From Alphaproteobacteria bacterium (GTDB lineage Bacteria > Pseudomonadota > Alphaproteobacteria > CAAHEQ01 > UBA3637), in the NCBI GenBank assembly GCA_017647405.1, contig JAGCKR010000064.1:9988-73987 (forward strand): 64,000 bases of DNA, read 5' to 3'. Numbering within the stretch: the stretch's first letter is position 1; every line of letters starts with the position of its first letter. A model generated the notes under the pieces. That model saw nothing but the letters and a program-made list of their open reading frames with translations, ran no database searches and was not told the origin of the DNA. Shown piece after piece: positions 1-9,771 of the stretch. The position numbers and the translations under genes were made by a program.

Positions 1-92
1 ATAATATAAAGGTGCCAAGATATAAAAACAGATTAAAACAATGAGATCTGATTTTAGATGGTTGATAAATATTGGTCATGAATGATATCCTT

Positions 93-665
93 TCAAAAAT
101 AAGCTTTTATCCTTGTGTAAATAACTTTATGATACTCGATAAATAATAGCCATGCATACCTTGTTTTTATCCAGTCAACGGAATTGTTAAACGATTTTGG
201 AAAAACAGGCAAAGGAGCAATTTGAATTTCTTTATTTAGCTGTTGAATCTCAAAAATGCTTCTTGGCATGTGATAAAAACTGGTAACCAGTAAAATGGAT
301 TTAATATTTCTTTCTTTAATCCATTCATTGACTTCTTGGGCGTTTCCTTTTGTGTCTAATGCCATATACCCTAAAGTAATTTTATCTAAAATATATGGCT
401 CAACAGAAGGAAAAAGCTTTTGCTTTGTTACTTCTTTATGAACCCCTGAAATAAGCATGTATTCAGCTTTTTTTTCTTTAATCAGTTTGAGTCCCGTGTT
501 AATTCGGTTACTTCCTCCTGTTAAAACAACAATAGCATCCGAATGCATTTGTGGCGCATATTTAAAGGATAATGCATAAAGACAAAAAAACAAAAATCCG
601 ATGAGCCAAAACATCAAGAAAATCATAGAAAAATAAATATGTAAATTAATAATTTTTTTTATCAT
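93..665 (-). CDS. DUF218 (YdcF/ElyC/SanA-like) membrane-anchored protein
   Basis: 190-aa ORF with an N-terminal TM helix, then VVLTGGSNRINTG...LISGVH...YHMPRS, typical of DUF218 proteins. It abuts the ftsX stop (665/666). Confidence 0.6.
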   Translation of the reverse strand: MIKKIINLHIYFSMIFLMFWLIGFLFFCLYALSFKYAPQMHSDAIVVLTGGSNRINTGLKLIKEKKAEYMLISGVHKEVTKQKLFPSVEPYILDKITLGYMALDTKGNAQEVNEWIKERNIKSILLVTSFYHMPRSIFEIQQLNKEIQIAPLPVFPKSFNNSVDWIKTRYAWLLFIEYHKVIYTRIKAYF

Positions 666-1559
666 CTATAACGTTTGTTTCAATGTTTTTGAAACGGTTC
701 TGTATGCTGTTAAGAAAGATAACAAAGCCGTTAACAAAGGAATGCTGAGTAAAATGAGCCATTGAGCTGGATTTAGTGTGCTTTCAAGAACAAAACTAGA
801 GCTCATTTGGCGCAAGAAATAATCAAATAAAACCATAATTGGAATGGCAAGTAAAAAACCGATAAAACTGCCCAAAAGTGTTAATTTAAAACTGCGCATG
901 GCAAATTGAATGGTGATATAAAAATCACTGGCTCCCATCATGTGAATCAGTTCAATAACCTTTTGATGAACGGACATGCTTGATTTTGTTACATAAATAA
1001 CTGATAGGGCCGTTGTAATTAAAATTAATAACAAAATAAAGGCAATCAGATGAACCATATTTTCAAAGAAGGCAACAAGATCGGAAAGCGCGGCGCGATG
1101 ACTATCTAACTGCGCTTCAGGAACTTGATCAAACAAGTCTGCTTTTAATCTTCTGATGTTTGGGAAATTGTTTGGATCGGCATTCACATCAATAATTTTA
1201 GGTAATGGCAATTCATTAATTGTGTCGCTTTGACCCAACCATGGCTCCATTAATGTTGCCATTTGTTCATCAGATAAAAGAGTGGCACCGGTAATACCTT
1301 CGCTTGAACGTAAAAGAGTGAGCGTCATTTCAATATCTTTATTGATTTGTTCTTCTCTACTTTCACCCTTTTCCGTGTGTGTTGGAATTTGAACGGTTAA
1401 TGTTCCAGAAATATTACTTGTCCATGATTGAACAGAGGAATAAACAACAATGGCAATAGCCAAAATAAGCGTGGCGATAAACACCATAAACATACTAAGC
1501 CATGGAATGAAAAATTTTGATGAATCGGATGAAAATGGAATGTCTGTTCTTTTTTTCAT
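666..1559 (-). CDS. ftsX: Cell division ABC transporter permease FtsX
   Basis: 297 aa, directly downstream of ftsE. One N-terminal TM, a large periplasmic loop and three C-terminal TMs, which is the FtsX topology. Confidence 0.8.
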   Translation of the reverse strand: MKKRTDIPFSSDSSKFFIPWLSMFMVFIATLILAIAIVVYSSVQSWTSNISGTLTVQIPTHTEKGESREEQINKDIEMTLTLLRSSEGITGATLLSDEQMATLMEPWLGQSDTINELPLPKIIDVNADPNNFPNIRRLKADLFDQVPEAQLDSHRAALSDLVAFFENMVHLIAFILLLILITTALSVIYVTKSSMSVHQKVIELIHMMGASDFYITIQFAMRSFKLTLLGSFIGFLLAIPIMVLFDYFLRQMSSSFVLESTLNPAQWLILLSIPLLTALLSFLTAYRTVSKTLKQTL

Positions 1560-1574
1560 AATTATATCCCTTGC

Positions 1575-2285
1575 TTATCCTTTATTTGATGAGTTTGATT
1601 TTTCAACCGCTTCAATTCTTCCGTGAGATAGGTGCAAGCGAGGGAAGCCGAAGTGTTTAATCAGATTGTGGTTGTGCGTGGCAATAACGGTAGTTGTGCC
1701 AAGTTTGTTGAGTTCTAAAAATAAATAAATTAATCTTTTTGCCATGGCGTCATCAACATTTCCAGTTGGTTCATCAGCGAGTAAAAGGCGTGGTCGATTA
1801 ATAACTGCGCGTGCAATGGCTACACGTTGTTTTTCGCCACCAGATAATTCGTGCGGATATTTATTAAGTTGTTTTTCAAGACCAACCCAGGCAAGTAATT
1901 CGCGAACGTGTTTTTTTATATCTTGTTCTTTTGTCCCAGAAATTCGCAAAGGAAGGGCAACGTTATCAAACGCATTTAAATGATCAAGCAAACGATAATC
2001 TTGGAAAACAACGCCGATTTGTCGTCTGATTTGAGCTTTGGCTTCCCTTGAAAGTGTGTCTAATGCATAGCCAAAAAGTCTGATACGCCCCTTTGTCGGT
2101 ATGTTATTTAAATAGAGCAAACTAAGAAGAGATGTTTTTCCGGCACCGCTTTCACCTGTCATAAAATAAAATGATCCCGGTTGTAAAGTTAGTTGAATAT
2201 CTTTTAAAACCTCAGGTCCTGTCGGATATTTAAAGGAAACGCCGTTGAATTCAGCAATTGGAGTTGATAATTTATTTGTCACCAC
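1575..2285 (-). CDS. ftsE: Cell division ATP-binding protein FtsE
   Basis: Walker A GESGAGKTS, ABC signature LSGGEKQRVAIARA and Walker B LLLADEPTG. Conserved ftsE-ftsX gene order. Confidence 0.9.
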   Translation of the reverse strand: MVTNKLSTPIAEFNGVSFKYPTGPEVLKDIQLTLQPGSFYFMTGESGAGKTSLLSLLYLNNIPTKGRIRLFGYALDTLSREAKAQIRRQIGVVFQDYRLLDHLNAFDNVALPLRISGTKEQDIKKHVRELLAWVGLEKQLNKYPHELSGGEKQRVAIARAVINRPRLLLADEPTGNVDDAMAKRLIYLFLELNKLGTTTVIATHNHNLIKHFGFPRLHLSHGRIEAVEKSNSSNKG

Positions 2286-2309
2286 TTTGATGCCCCTATA
2301 GAAAAACTG

Positions 2310-2338
2310 TTGTAAGTTATTTAAAAATCGTTTATATT
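2310..2338 (+). promoter_or_regulatory. Putative sigma70-type promoter of the zinc-ribbon gene
   Basis: TTGTAA (2310-2315), 17-nt spacer, TATATT (2333-2338), about 35 nt upstream of ATG 2374. Confidence 0.35.
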
Positions 2339-2373
2339 ATACTTACACTATTTTTTTTAAAAGGAAAAGATAA

Positions 2374-3513
2374 ATGTTAATTATTTGCCCAAAATGTTTT
2401 ACACAGTACCAAATTCCGAGTGAAAACGGTTCCTTGAAAGGGAAAAAATGTCATTGTTCGGCTTGTGGTTGTTATTTTGAGCATGAAGAAGAGGTTTTGG
2501 AGTTAACACCTAAAAAAGAAGAAAAAACAGCTCTTGAAAAAACGATGGATATTTTTGATATATCCGAAAAAAAAGAAGAACCTGTTTTTAAAGAAGAGGC
2601 TTATGAGCCAATCTCTCTTTCTTTGTTTAATGAGCCTCTTAATGATAAAAAAGAACCGAAATTTTCACAATCGCCATTTGAATATGTGCCTGAAGAATTT
2701 AAACCGGTTTCTTCAAAAAAAACGCCGTTATTGTCTTTAATGATTTGGTTGGGAGTTGCGGCCGGGATTTGTTATGCAGCTTATCTTCAAAAAGATTATT
2801 TATTGAATTTTATGAATAAAACGATTGAAAAACAATTTGAAAGAACGGCTGCTCAACCGGTGAAAACAAAAGAAAGCATAACAGCTGTTGTTCCAAAGAT
2901 GGAACCTGCAACTTTGGATGCATCAGCAGTTCAACCGGTTGTTTTAAATGATTTAAAAGAATTGCCTGTTCAAAATGAGAGTGCGCAAGAACCACAAAAA
3001 ACGATTGGGCAAGCTGAAATAGTAACAACTGTTTCGGAAGAAACGGTTCACGTAAATGGAGTAGAGGAAGTTGTTAATCAAAAGCAAGTTGGGGACGACT
3101 TGAAAGAGGTAAATAATTTAACACAATTAGCTGTTCAAGAAAATAATATTGAGGTAAATGCAGAGCAAAATACAGTGGTTGATGAACTTAAAAATATGCA
3201 ACCTCAAAATGAAATGCCAGTCGCATCTGTTGATGCATTAACCGTTCAAAATATTTCTTATGAAATTGGTTTAAACGAGGTTGGAATGGAACGTTTGCTG
3301 ATTCGAGGCGTTATTGCAAATACTTCGGTTTATCAGCAAAAATTGCCGTTAACAAAAGCGGTTGTTTATGATTTTTCTGATCGCGTTGTTGCGAGAAAAC
3401 GTATCGTATATCTAGAAAAAGTAATAGATGGAAATTCAGAAATTGCATTTGAAACATCTGTTGTTCCATCGCCAAAGTCAGTATCAAAAATAGAGGTGAA
3501 TTTTGATGAATAA
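2374..3513 (+). CDS. MJ0042-type zinc-ribbon / DUF3426-like membrane protein
   Basis: N-terminal CPKC...CSAC zinc ribbon, a charged linker, one TM (LMIWLGVAAGICYAAYL) and a C-terminal beta-rich domain. Divergent from ftsEX, as is common in Alphaproteobacteria. Confidence 0.6.
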   Translation: MLIICPKCFTQYQIPSENGSLKGKKCHCSACGCYFEHEEEVLELTPKKEEKTALEKTMDIFDISEKKEEPVFKEEAYEPISLSLFNEPLNDKKEPKFSQSPFEYVPEEFKPVSSKKTPLLSLMIWLGVAAGICYAAYLQKDYLLNFMNKTIEKQFERTAAQPVKTKESITAVVPKMEPATLDASAVQPVVLNDLKELPVQNESAQEPQKTIGQAEIVTTVSEETVHVNGVEEVVNQKQVGDDLKEVNNLTQLAVQENNIEVNAEQNTVVDELKNMQPQNEMPVASVDALTVQNISYEIGLNEVGMERLLIRGVIANTSVYQQKLPLTKAVVYDFSDRVVARKRIVYLEKVIDGNSEIAFETSVVPSPKSVSKIEVNFDE

Positions 3514-4225
3514 ATTTATTCTTTTTTTGGCTTGTTTTTTTGTTTCAACAATATCATTTTCAGCTTGCCCACAAGGAGATTCTTTCTATTCAAAAAGTGT
3601 TAAAGCCTCCATTCCATTTTATCAAAATTGTGCTTTATTGGAGAATGATGAGGAATCTCAAATCCGTTTAGCTGGTATTTTTAGAAATGGTGAAAAAAAT
3701 GCTCAAAAAAATGAAATGAAAGCGCTTCTTTTTTATCACTTAGCAGCTGATAACGGTAATGCTTTTGCGCAAACTGAATTGGCGAAAATGCTGATTGAAA
3801 TGGATTCAAATCCTGAAAAACGCGAACGTTTAGCCTCTTATTTAAGGCAAATTAAGTCCTCTTTAAATAGAGCAGGGGATTATTCGTTTAAAGGTGAAAT
3901 TTTGCATCCCTTTGTTTTGCTTTTGTTAGCATCGGAGTCGGCTGAACAAAAGTGGTATTATTCAACAACCGTAAAATATTCATCTGAAGCAGCAAAAATC
4001 ATAAAGGAATATCAGTTGTCTGAATCCAAAAAGCAAGAGTTGTTGCGAGCTGCTTCGTTGTGGAAGCAAAGAAAAATGATGGAAACGGCCAAAGAAGTGT
4101 TATCTGAATCCGAGTTTCAAACATTTGAAAAAATAATTTTTCCAAAACAGGGAAAAGCTGATCCGTTTTTAAGAAAACAGGCAATAAGTAATCTTAAAAC
4201 AAAAGTTGAAAATTATTTAAAATAA
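3503..4225 (+). CDS. Secreted Sel1-like (TPR-family) repeat protein
   Basis: Signal peptide MMNKFILFLACFFVSTISFSA. Sel1-like repeat LLFYHLAADNGNAFAQTELAKMLIE. Confidence 0.5.
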   Translation: MMNKFILFLACFFVSTISFSACPQGDSFYSKSVKASIPFYQNCALLENDEESQIRLAGIFRNGEKNAQKNEMKALLFYHLAADNGNAFAQTELAKMLIEMDSNPEKRERLASYLRQIKSSLNRAGDYSFKGEILHPFVLLLLASESAEQKWYYSTTVKYSSEAAKIIKEYQLSESKKQELLRAASLWKQRKMMETAKEVLSESEFQTFEKIIFPKQGKADPFLRKQAISNLKTKVENYLK

Positions 4226-4249
4226 GTTGTTAGTTAAGGAGTTTTAATT

Positions 4250-5563
4250 TTGAAAAAGATTTTTATCAAAACATTTGGTTGTCAGATGAATGCGTATGAT
4301 TCTGCTAGAATGCGCGATGCGATGTTTGTTCACGGGTATCAGGAAACAAATAATCCTGAACAAGCAGATATTTTGTTATTAAACACTTGTCATATCAGGG
4401 AAAAGGCTTCTGAAAAATTATTTTCAGAAATTGGGCGGTTAAATGAGTTTAAAGAAAAAAGAAAGCAAGAAGGCAAAGAAACTCTTATTGTTGTTACGGG
4501 GTGTGTTGTTCAAGCCGAAGGAGATGAAATTTTAAAACGCTCTCATTTGGTTGATATTGCTTTGGGACCGCAAAATTACCATCGTTTGCCGGAGCTTGTT
4601 GCTTCGTATAATCGAAAAAAAGGACGCGTACTGTTGGCTGATTTCCCAGCAGATTCAAAATTTGATTATTTGCCAAAAACAAAGGCGACATCAGCGACGG
4701 CATTTTTGGCTGTTCAGGAAGGGTGTGATAATTTTTGTACGTATTGTGTTGTACCCTATACACGGGGATGTGAATATTCAAGACCGGCATCGGATATTAT
4801 TCAAGAAGCCAAAGATTTGGTTGCAACTGGCGCCAAAGAAATTATGCTTTTGGGTCAAAATGTTAATTGCTGGCATGGTCAAGGAGCTTCCGATTTGGGA
4901 GATTTGATTCGTCAACTCGCTTTGATTGAGGGGCTTGACCGCATCAGATATACAACATCATATCCTTCTAAAATCACACAAAATTTAATTGAAGCGCATA
5001 AAGATTTGGAAAAATTAATGCCATATATTCATTTGCCGATTCAATCGGGAAGTGATAAGATTTTAAAAGCTATGAATCGTCAATATACGGCAAAAGGATA
5101 TGAAGAAATTGTGGCATCATTTAGAAAGGCTCGACCAGATATTGCAGTTTCTTCTGATTTTATTGTTGGGTTCCCCGGTGAAACGGATGATGATTTTCAA
5201 GAGACAATGGAAGTTGTTAAACGTGTTCGATATGCCAGTTCTTTTTCATTTAAATATTCTCCACGACCAGGAACGCCAGCTTCCATTATGAAAAATCAGG
5301 TGGCAGAAGATGTGAAAACTAAACGGCTTATGATTTTACAAAAAGAATTGATGGAGCAACAACAGGAATTTAATTCTAATACGGTTGGTAAAATTTTACC
5401 TGTTTTATTAACTGAAAAAGGAAAAAAAGAAGGTCAGTTGGTGGGATATACCCCATATCTTCAAGGAACGCATGTGTCATTGCCTGATAGTTTTTTAAAT
5501 AAGATTGTAATGCTTAAAATTACCAAAGCTTCGGCAACTTCATTAACAGGGGTGGAAGCTTAA
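4250..5563 (+). CDS. miaB: tRNA-2-methylthio-N6-dimethylallyladenosine synthase MiaB
   Basis: N-terminal FIKTFGCQMNAYDS (UPF0004 domain), radical-SAM CDNFCTYC and a C-terminal TRAM region. TTG start preceded by AAGGAG. Confidence 0.9.
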   Translation: MKKIFIKTFGCQMNAYDSARMRDAMFVHGYQETNNPEQADILLLNTCHIREKASEKLFSEIGRLNEFKEKRKQEGKETLIVVTGCVVQAEGDEILKRSHLVDIALGPQNYHRLPELVASYNRKKGRVLLADFPADSKFDYLPKTKATSATAFLAVQEGCDNFCTYCVVPYTRGCEYSRPASDIIQEAKDLVATGAKEIMLLGQNVNCWHGQGASDLGDLIRQLALIEGLDRIRYTTSYPSKITQNLIEAHKDLEKLMPYIHLPIQSGSDKILKAMNRQYTAKGYEEIVASFRKARPDIAVSSDFIVGFPGETDDDFQETMEVVKRVRYASSFSFKYSPRPGTPASIMKNQVAEDVKTKRLMILQKELMEQQQEFNSNTVGKILPVLLTEKGKKEGQLVGYTPYLQGTHVSLPDSFLNKIVMLKITKASATSLTGVEA

Positions 5564-5576
5564 AATTTAATTGCAC

Positions 5577-5605
5577 TTGTCAAAAAAGTTTAACCGTGAT
5601 ATAAT
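5577..5605 (+). promoter_or_regulatory. Putative sigma70-type promoter of ybeZ-ybeY-corC-mtaB-ftsY
   Basis: TTGTCA (5577-5582), 17-nt spacer, TATAAT (5600-5605), about 38 nt upstream of ATG 5643. Confidence 0.5.
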
Positions 5606-5642
5606 GAAAAGATAGAAGGGTAAACAAACAAAAGAGGAAAAA

Positions 5643-6350
5643 ATGACAGCTGAAATTGAACAAGAAGTTTATGCGGCTTCTGATTTGACACTGAAAACGA
5701 AAAAACGTCATATCAATCCAAGAAGCGAAACACAAGGTGCTTTTATTGAGGCGATGAATAAATATGAAATGGTTTTTGGTTTAGGGCCAGCCGGAACGGG
5801 GAAAACGTTTTTGGCGGTTGCAAAGGCTGTTTCGGCTATGTTAGAAGGTAAGGTTGATCGGATTATTTTAACAAGACCGGCAGTTGAAGCTGGGGAAAAT
5901 CTAGGTTTTTTACCTGGGAATTTGAAGGAAAAAATCGATCCATATTTACGTCCTCTTTATGATGCCTTGTATGAAATGCTTCCGGCCGACATGGTTGATA
6001 AAAAATTGGAAAACGGTGAAATTGAAGTGGCGCCGTTAGCTTATATGCGTGGACGCACTTTGAGTCACAGTGTTGTTATTTTAGATGAAGCGCAAAATAC
6101 AACTCCGATGCAGATGAAAATGTTTTTAACGCGTTTGGGTGAAGGATCACGTATGATTATTAATGGTGATTTAACGCAAACGGATTTGCCGCGTGGAACG
6201 GTTTCCGGTCTTTTGGACGCAGTTAAAATTTTGAAGAAAGTTTCGGGAATAGCATTTGTTGAATTTTCAGAAAAAGATGTAGTTCGGCATGGGCTTGTTT
6301 CAAAAATTGTGAAAGCCTATGATAAGGCTAATTCGGAAAGTAAGGAATAA
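5643..6350 (+). CDS. ybeZ: PhoH-like ATPase (YbeZ)
   Basis: Walker [18 protein letters not shown] Walker B and the conserved ybeZ-ybeY-corC order. Confidence 0.9.
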   Translation: MTAEIEQEVYAASDLTLKTKKRHINPRSETQGAFIEAMNKYEMVFGLGPAGTGKTFLAVAKAVSAMLEGKVDRIILTRPAVEAGENLGFLPGNLKEKIDPYLRPLYDALYEMLPADMVDKKLENGEIEVAPLAYMRGRTLSHSVVILDEAQNTTPMQMKMFLTRLGEGSRMIINGDLTQTDLPRGTVSGLLDAVKILKKVSGIAFVEFSEKDVVRHGLVSKIVKAYDKANSESKE

Positions 6351-6820
6351 TGTCTGATATCGATATATGTATTCAACAATTAGATAAAAGATATTCAAGG
6401 CGCGTTTCAGCTGTTCAGGCGTTTTGTAAAAAAATTATTCGGTCGGCGTGGTTTTCTCACACGCCGGCTGAGGTTTCTTTGGTCTTGGCTGATGATGAGT
6501 TTGTTCATAAGCTGAATTTCGAATATCGCGGAAAAGATAGTGCCACAAATGTTCTTTCATTTGAGACTGGGAATATCCCACCAAAGGGTTTTTTGTGGTT
6601 GGCTGGGGATATTATTATTGCTTATGAAACTGTTTTAAAAGAAGCCAAAGATCAGAATAAAACTTTTGAAGCACATTTGGCTCATTTACTGATTCACGGC
6701 GCATTGCATCTGCAAGGGTATGATCATTTAAGTGAGAAAGAGGCCTTTAAGATGGAATCGCTTGAGAAAAAAATAATGAAATCATTGGGGTATGAAAACC
6801 CGTATAAGGATGTGGAATAA
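6350..6820 (+). CDS. ybeY: rRNA maturation endoribonuclease YbeY
   Basis: Metal-binding motif HLLIHGALHLQGYDH (H-x3-H-x5-H). 156 aa. Confidence 0.9.
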   Translation: MSDIDICIQQLDKRYSRRVSAVQAFCKKIIRSAWFSHTPAEVSLVLADDEFVHKLNFEYRGKDSATNVLSFETGNIPPKGFLWLAGDIIIAYETVLKEAKDQNKTFEAHLAHLLIHGALHLQGYDHLSEKEAFKMESLEKKIMKSLGYENPYKDVE

Positions 6821-7716
6821 TGACGATATTTTCAAAAATAAAATCTTTGTTTGTCAGGTTACCTGAGGAAGAAAAAGTTTTGGAGACCATTGAAGAAATT
6901 ATGGATGAACGGGTTGAACGTGGTGACAAAGTTTTAATTGATCCGGATGAAATTGGTTTGCTTAAAAATCTTTTTAGATTAAGGGATATTCGGGCAGGGG
7001 AAATCAGAATTCCAACTATTGATATTACAGGTATCAGTGTTGATGCCTCATCAGATGAATTAAAACGCATGATGGCGGAAGAAAAATTCACAAGACTTCC
7101 TGTGTATGAACAAACACTTGATAATATTGTTGGTGTTATCCATGTGAAAGATATTTTATGTGCGATGATGGAAAATGAAGAAGTTTCCGTTAAAAAATTA
7201 ATGACAGGAAGCATTTTATTTGTTCCACCTTCAGTCAGAGCGCTTGATTTATTGCGTGAAATGCAAGCAAAAAAAGCTCAAATGGCTATTATTATTGATG
7301 AATATGGTGGAACAGATGGTTTGATTACGTTGGAAGATTTGCTTGAGGAGATTGTGGGCGAAATTGAAGATGAACACGATGCATTGGATGAGGCGCCTGT
7401 TCTGCATAAAATCGGTAATTCGGTGATACAGGCTGATGCTAGAATTTTATTGAAGGACCTTGAAAAAATGATTGGTCCGTTTATGACGCAAAAAGAAAAA
7501 GAAGAATATGTCGATTCAGTTGGTGGTCTTGTTTTCCATTTAGCCGGTCGTTTACCGCGTGTTGGAGAAAAAATTGAACATTCTAGCGGTATTGTTTTCC
7601 AGGTTTTGGATGTAGATGCACGTCATATTAAAAAGGTGAAAATAACCCGTTTTAATAAAAGAAAACAGGAAAAGGAAAAGCATTCCTTTTTAAAGAAAAG
7701 AAAGAAAAAACGTTAA
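6820..7716 (+). CDS. corC: CBS-pair / CorC-HlyC domain protein (CorC/TlyC type)
   Basis: Tandem CBS domains followed by the transporter-associated C-terminal domain, with no DUF21 TM region. It has a Lys-rich C-terminal tail. Confidence 0.85.
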   Translation: MTIFSKIKSLFVRLPEEEKVLETIEEIMDERVERGDKVLIDPDEIGLLKNLFRLRDIRAGEIRIPTIDITGISVDASSDELKRMMAEEKFTRLPVYEQTLDNIVGVIHVKDILCAMMENEEVSVKKLMTGSILFVPPSVRALDLLREMQAKKAQMAIIIDEYGGTDGLITLEDLLEEIVGEIEDEHDALDEAPVLHKIGNSVIQADARILLKDLEKMIGPFMTQKEKEEYVDSVGGLVFHLAGRLPRVGEKIEHSSGIVFQVLDVDARHIKKVKITRFNKRKQEKEKHSFLKKRKKKR

Positions 7717-8912
7717 TGAAAATACTTTCTTTTGGGTGCAGATTAAATACTTTTGAATCAAAAATAATTGAAGGGTTGTTGTCAGATAAAGATGACCTTT
7801 TTGTGATTAATACTTGTGCGGTAACGGCGGAAGCGGAGCGTCAGTGTCGTCAAACCATTCGTAAAACGGCGAGAGAACATCCGAACATGAAAATTATTGT
7901 AACCGGTTGTGCAGCGCAATTAAATCCTGAACAATATTCAAAAATGCCGGAAGTCTATAAGGTTGTCGGCAATATTGAAAAATTAAATCGCGATAAATTA
8001 TTATCGGATAAAAAAGTTGAAGTCAGCGATATTATGAAATCAGAAACATCTGTTCCGGTTGTTTCTGATTTTGAATCAAGAACAAGGGCATTTTTGCAAA
8101 TTCAACAAGGTTGTTCGCATGCATGTACCTTCTGTATTGTTCATACAGCCAGAGGAAAAAATAAAGGCCTTTTGCCAGATCAGGTGATTGATGAAGCTAA
8201 ACGGTTTGTTGATAAAGGTTTTTTGGAATTAGTGTTAACGGGTGTTGATATTGCATCGTATCCGTATGGATTAAATGATTTATTAAAGCGTATTTTAAAA
8301 GAGGTTAAAGGCCTTAAAAGGTTGCGTTTAGGATCGTTTGATCCAGCATTAATGACGGATGAGTTTATTTCCATTATGGCCGATAATGAAATTATGATGC
8401 CGCATCTTCATTTATCAATGCAATCTGGGGATGATATGATATTAAAGCGGATGGGTAGAAGGCATTTGTCAGGGTCGGTTGTTGAAGCTTGTCAAAAACT
8501 CATTGAAAGAAGAAAAGATTTTGTTTTTGGGGCTGATATGATTGCAGGTTTCCCAACAGAAACAGAAGAGATGTTTTTTAATACGGCAGAGTTTATTAAA
8601 AATGCTCCGATTTCATTATTGCATGTTTTTCCATATTCAGAACGGCCAATGACTCCTGCGGCTAAAATGCCGATGGTTGAGATGAAAATTAGGAAGGAAA
8701 GAGCTTCTTATTTAAGAGAATTGGGGGGTCGCCTTTTAAATTTAAAATTAGCTGAATTTGAAGGAAAACGCTTAAATGTTTTGATTGAAAGAAATGGTGT
8801 CGGTTATAGTGAAAATTATTTAAAGGTTAAAACAAATTCAAATAAAACGGGAGAAATAGTTTCGGTTTTAATTACAAAAAGGAATGAAAATGAGTTGGTT
8901 GGACAAGCTTAA
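7716..8912 (+). CDS. mtaB: MiaB-like radical-SAM methylthiotransferase (MtaB type)
   Basis: ILSFGCRLNTFES N-terminal domain, radical-SAM CSHACTFC and a C-terminal TRAM-like region. Confidence 0.8.
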   Translation: MKILSFGCRLNTFESKIIEGLLSDKDDLFVINTCAVTAEAERQCRQTIRKTAREHPNMKIIVTGCAAQLNPEQYSKMPEVYKVVGNIEKLNRDKLLSDKKVEVSDIMKSETSVPVVSDFESRTRAFLQIQQGCSHACTFCIVHTARGKNKGLLPDQVIDEAKRFVDKGFLELVLTGVDIASYPYGLNDLLKRILKEVKGLKRLRLGSFDPALMTDEFISIMADNEIMMPHLHLSMQSGDDMILKRMGRRHLSGSVVEACQKLIERRKDFVFGADMIAGFPTETEEMFFNTAEFIKNAPISLLHVFPYSERPMTPAAKMPMVEMKIRKERASYLRELGGRLLNLKLAEFEGKRLNVLIERNGVGYSENYLKVKTNSNKTGEIVSVLITKRNENELVGQA

Positions 8913-9768
8913 ATTTGGAATGAAAAAAACAGCAAAATTGTTTTCATTTTCAAAGATTGATGCCTCTTCTTTGGATGAATTGGAAGATTCTCTTTTAATG
9001 GCAGATGTTGGTGTTTCAACAACTGAAGCCATCATTGAGTCAATTAAGAAAAAGGGTGCAACAGATGCGATGAGTATTAAGCGCATTATGAAAGAAGAAA
9101 TAATTGAGCGGTTAAAACCTTATGCGCAATCGCTTAAAATTAATGCGGAAAAAAAGCCATTTATCGTGTTAATGATTGGGGTTAATGGAGCAGGTAAAAC
9201 AACAACAATCGGAAAACTTGGTTCTTTTTATCAAGAACAGGGATATCAAGTTTCTTTTGTTGCCGCTGATACATTCAGAGCGGGAGCTGTTGATCAATTA
9301 AAGGAGTGGGGCAAAAGAAACAATTGTGTTGTTTATGCGGGTGAAACCGGTAAGGATGCGGCAGCACTTATTTTTGATTCAATCAAATTGGCTAAAGAAA
9401 AAAAAGATGATATTGTTTTTATTGATACAGCTGGCCGCCTTCAAAATAGAAAAGATTTGATGGATGAACTTAAAAAAATAACGCGTGTTATTCAAAAAAC
9501 AGATGAAACAGCACCACATGCCACTTTGCTGGTATTGGATGCAACAGTGGGGCAAAATGCTATTATGCAGGTGGAAGCGTTTTCATCTTTAACACCTGTT
9601 TCAGGTTTGATTATGACCAAATTGGATGGAACGGCAAAAGGCGGAATTTTGTTGGCGTTAACGGATAAATTTCATTTACCGATTTATGCAATTGGTGTAG
9701 GCGAAAAAATTTCTGATTTATCCTCATTTACGGCAGAAGAGTATGCCTCTTCATTATTGGATGGTTAA
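8890..9768 (+). CDS. ftsY: Signal recognition particle receptor FtsY (short form, NG domain)
   Basis: GVNGAGKTTTIGKL, DTAGR and TKLDG GTPase motifs. ATG 8890 (MSWLDKLK) has better AAGGA spacing than the track start at 8884. Confidence 0.9.
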   Translation: MSWLDKLKFGMKKTAKLFSFSKIDASSLDELEDSLLMADVGVSTTEAIIESIKKKGATDAMSIKRIMKEEIIERLKPYAQSLKINAEKKPFIVLMIGVNGAGKTTTIGKLGSFYQEQGYQVSFVAADTFRAGAVDQLKEWGKRNNCVVYAGETGKDAAALIFDSIKLAKEKKDDIVFIDTAGRLQNRKDLMDELKKITRVIQKTDETAPHATLLVLDATVGQNAIMQVEAFSSLTPVSGLIMTKLDGTAKGGILLALTDKFHLPIYAIGVGEKISDLSSFTAEEYASSLLDG

Positions 9769-9771
9769 AAA

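Noticed and set aside
1744-1983. 79-aa ORF antisense to ftsE. The same class includes 2534..2740, 2810..3028, 6747..7214, 28628..28936, 37568..37972, 45924..46223, 49009..49350 and 52718..52960, among others.
   Set aside because: They lie entirely inside, and antisense or out of frame to, genes with unambiguous family motifs. Their translations have skewed, low-complexity composition, and they lack RBSs.
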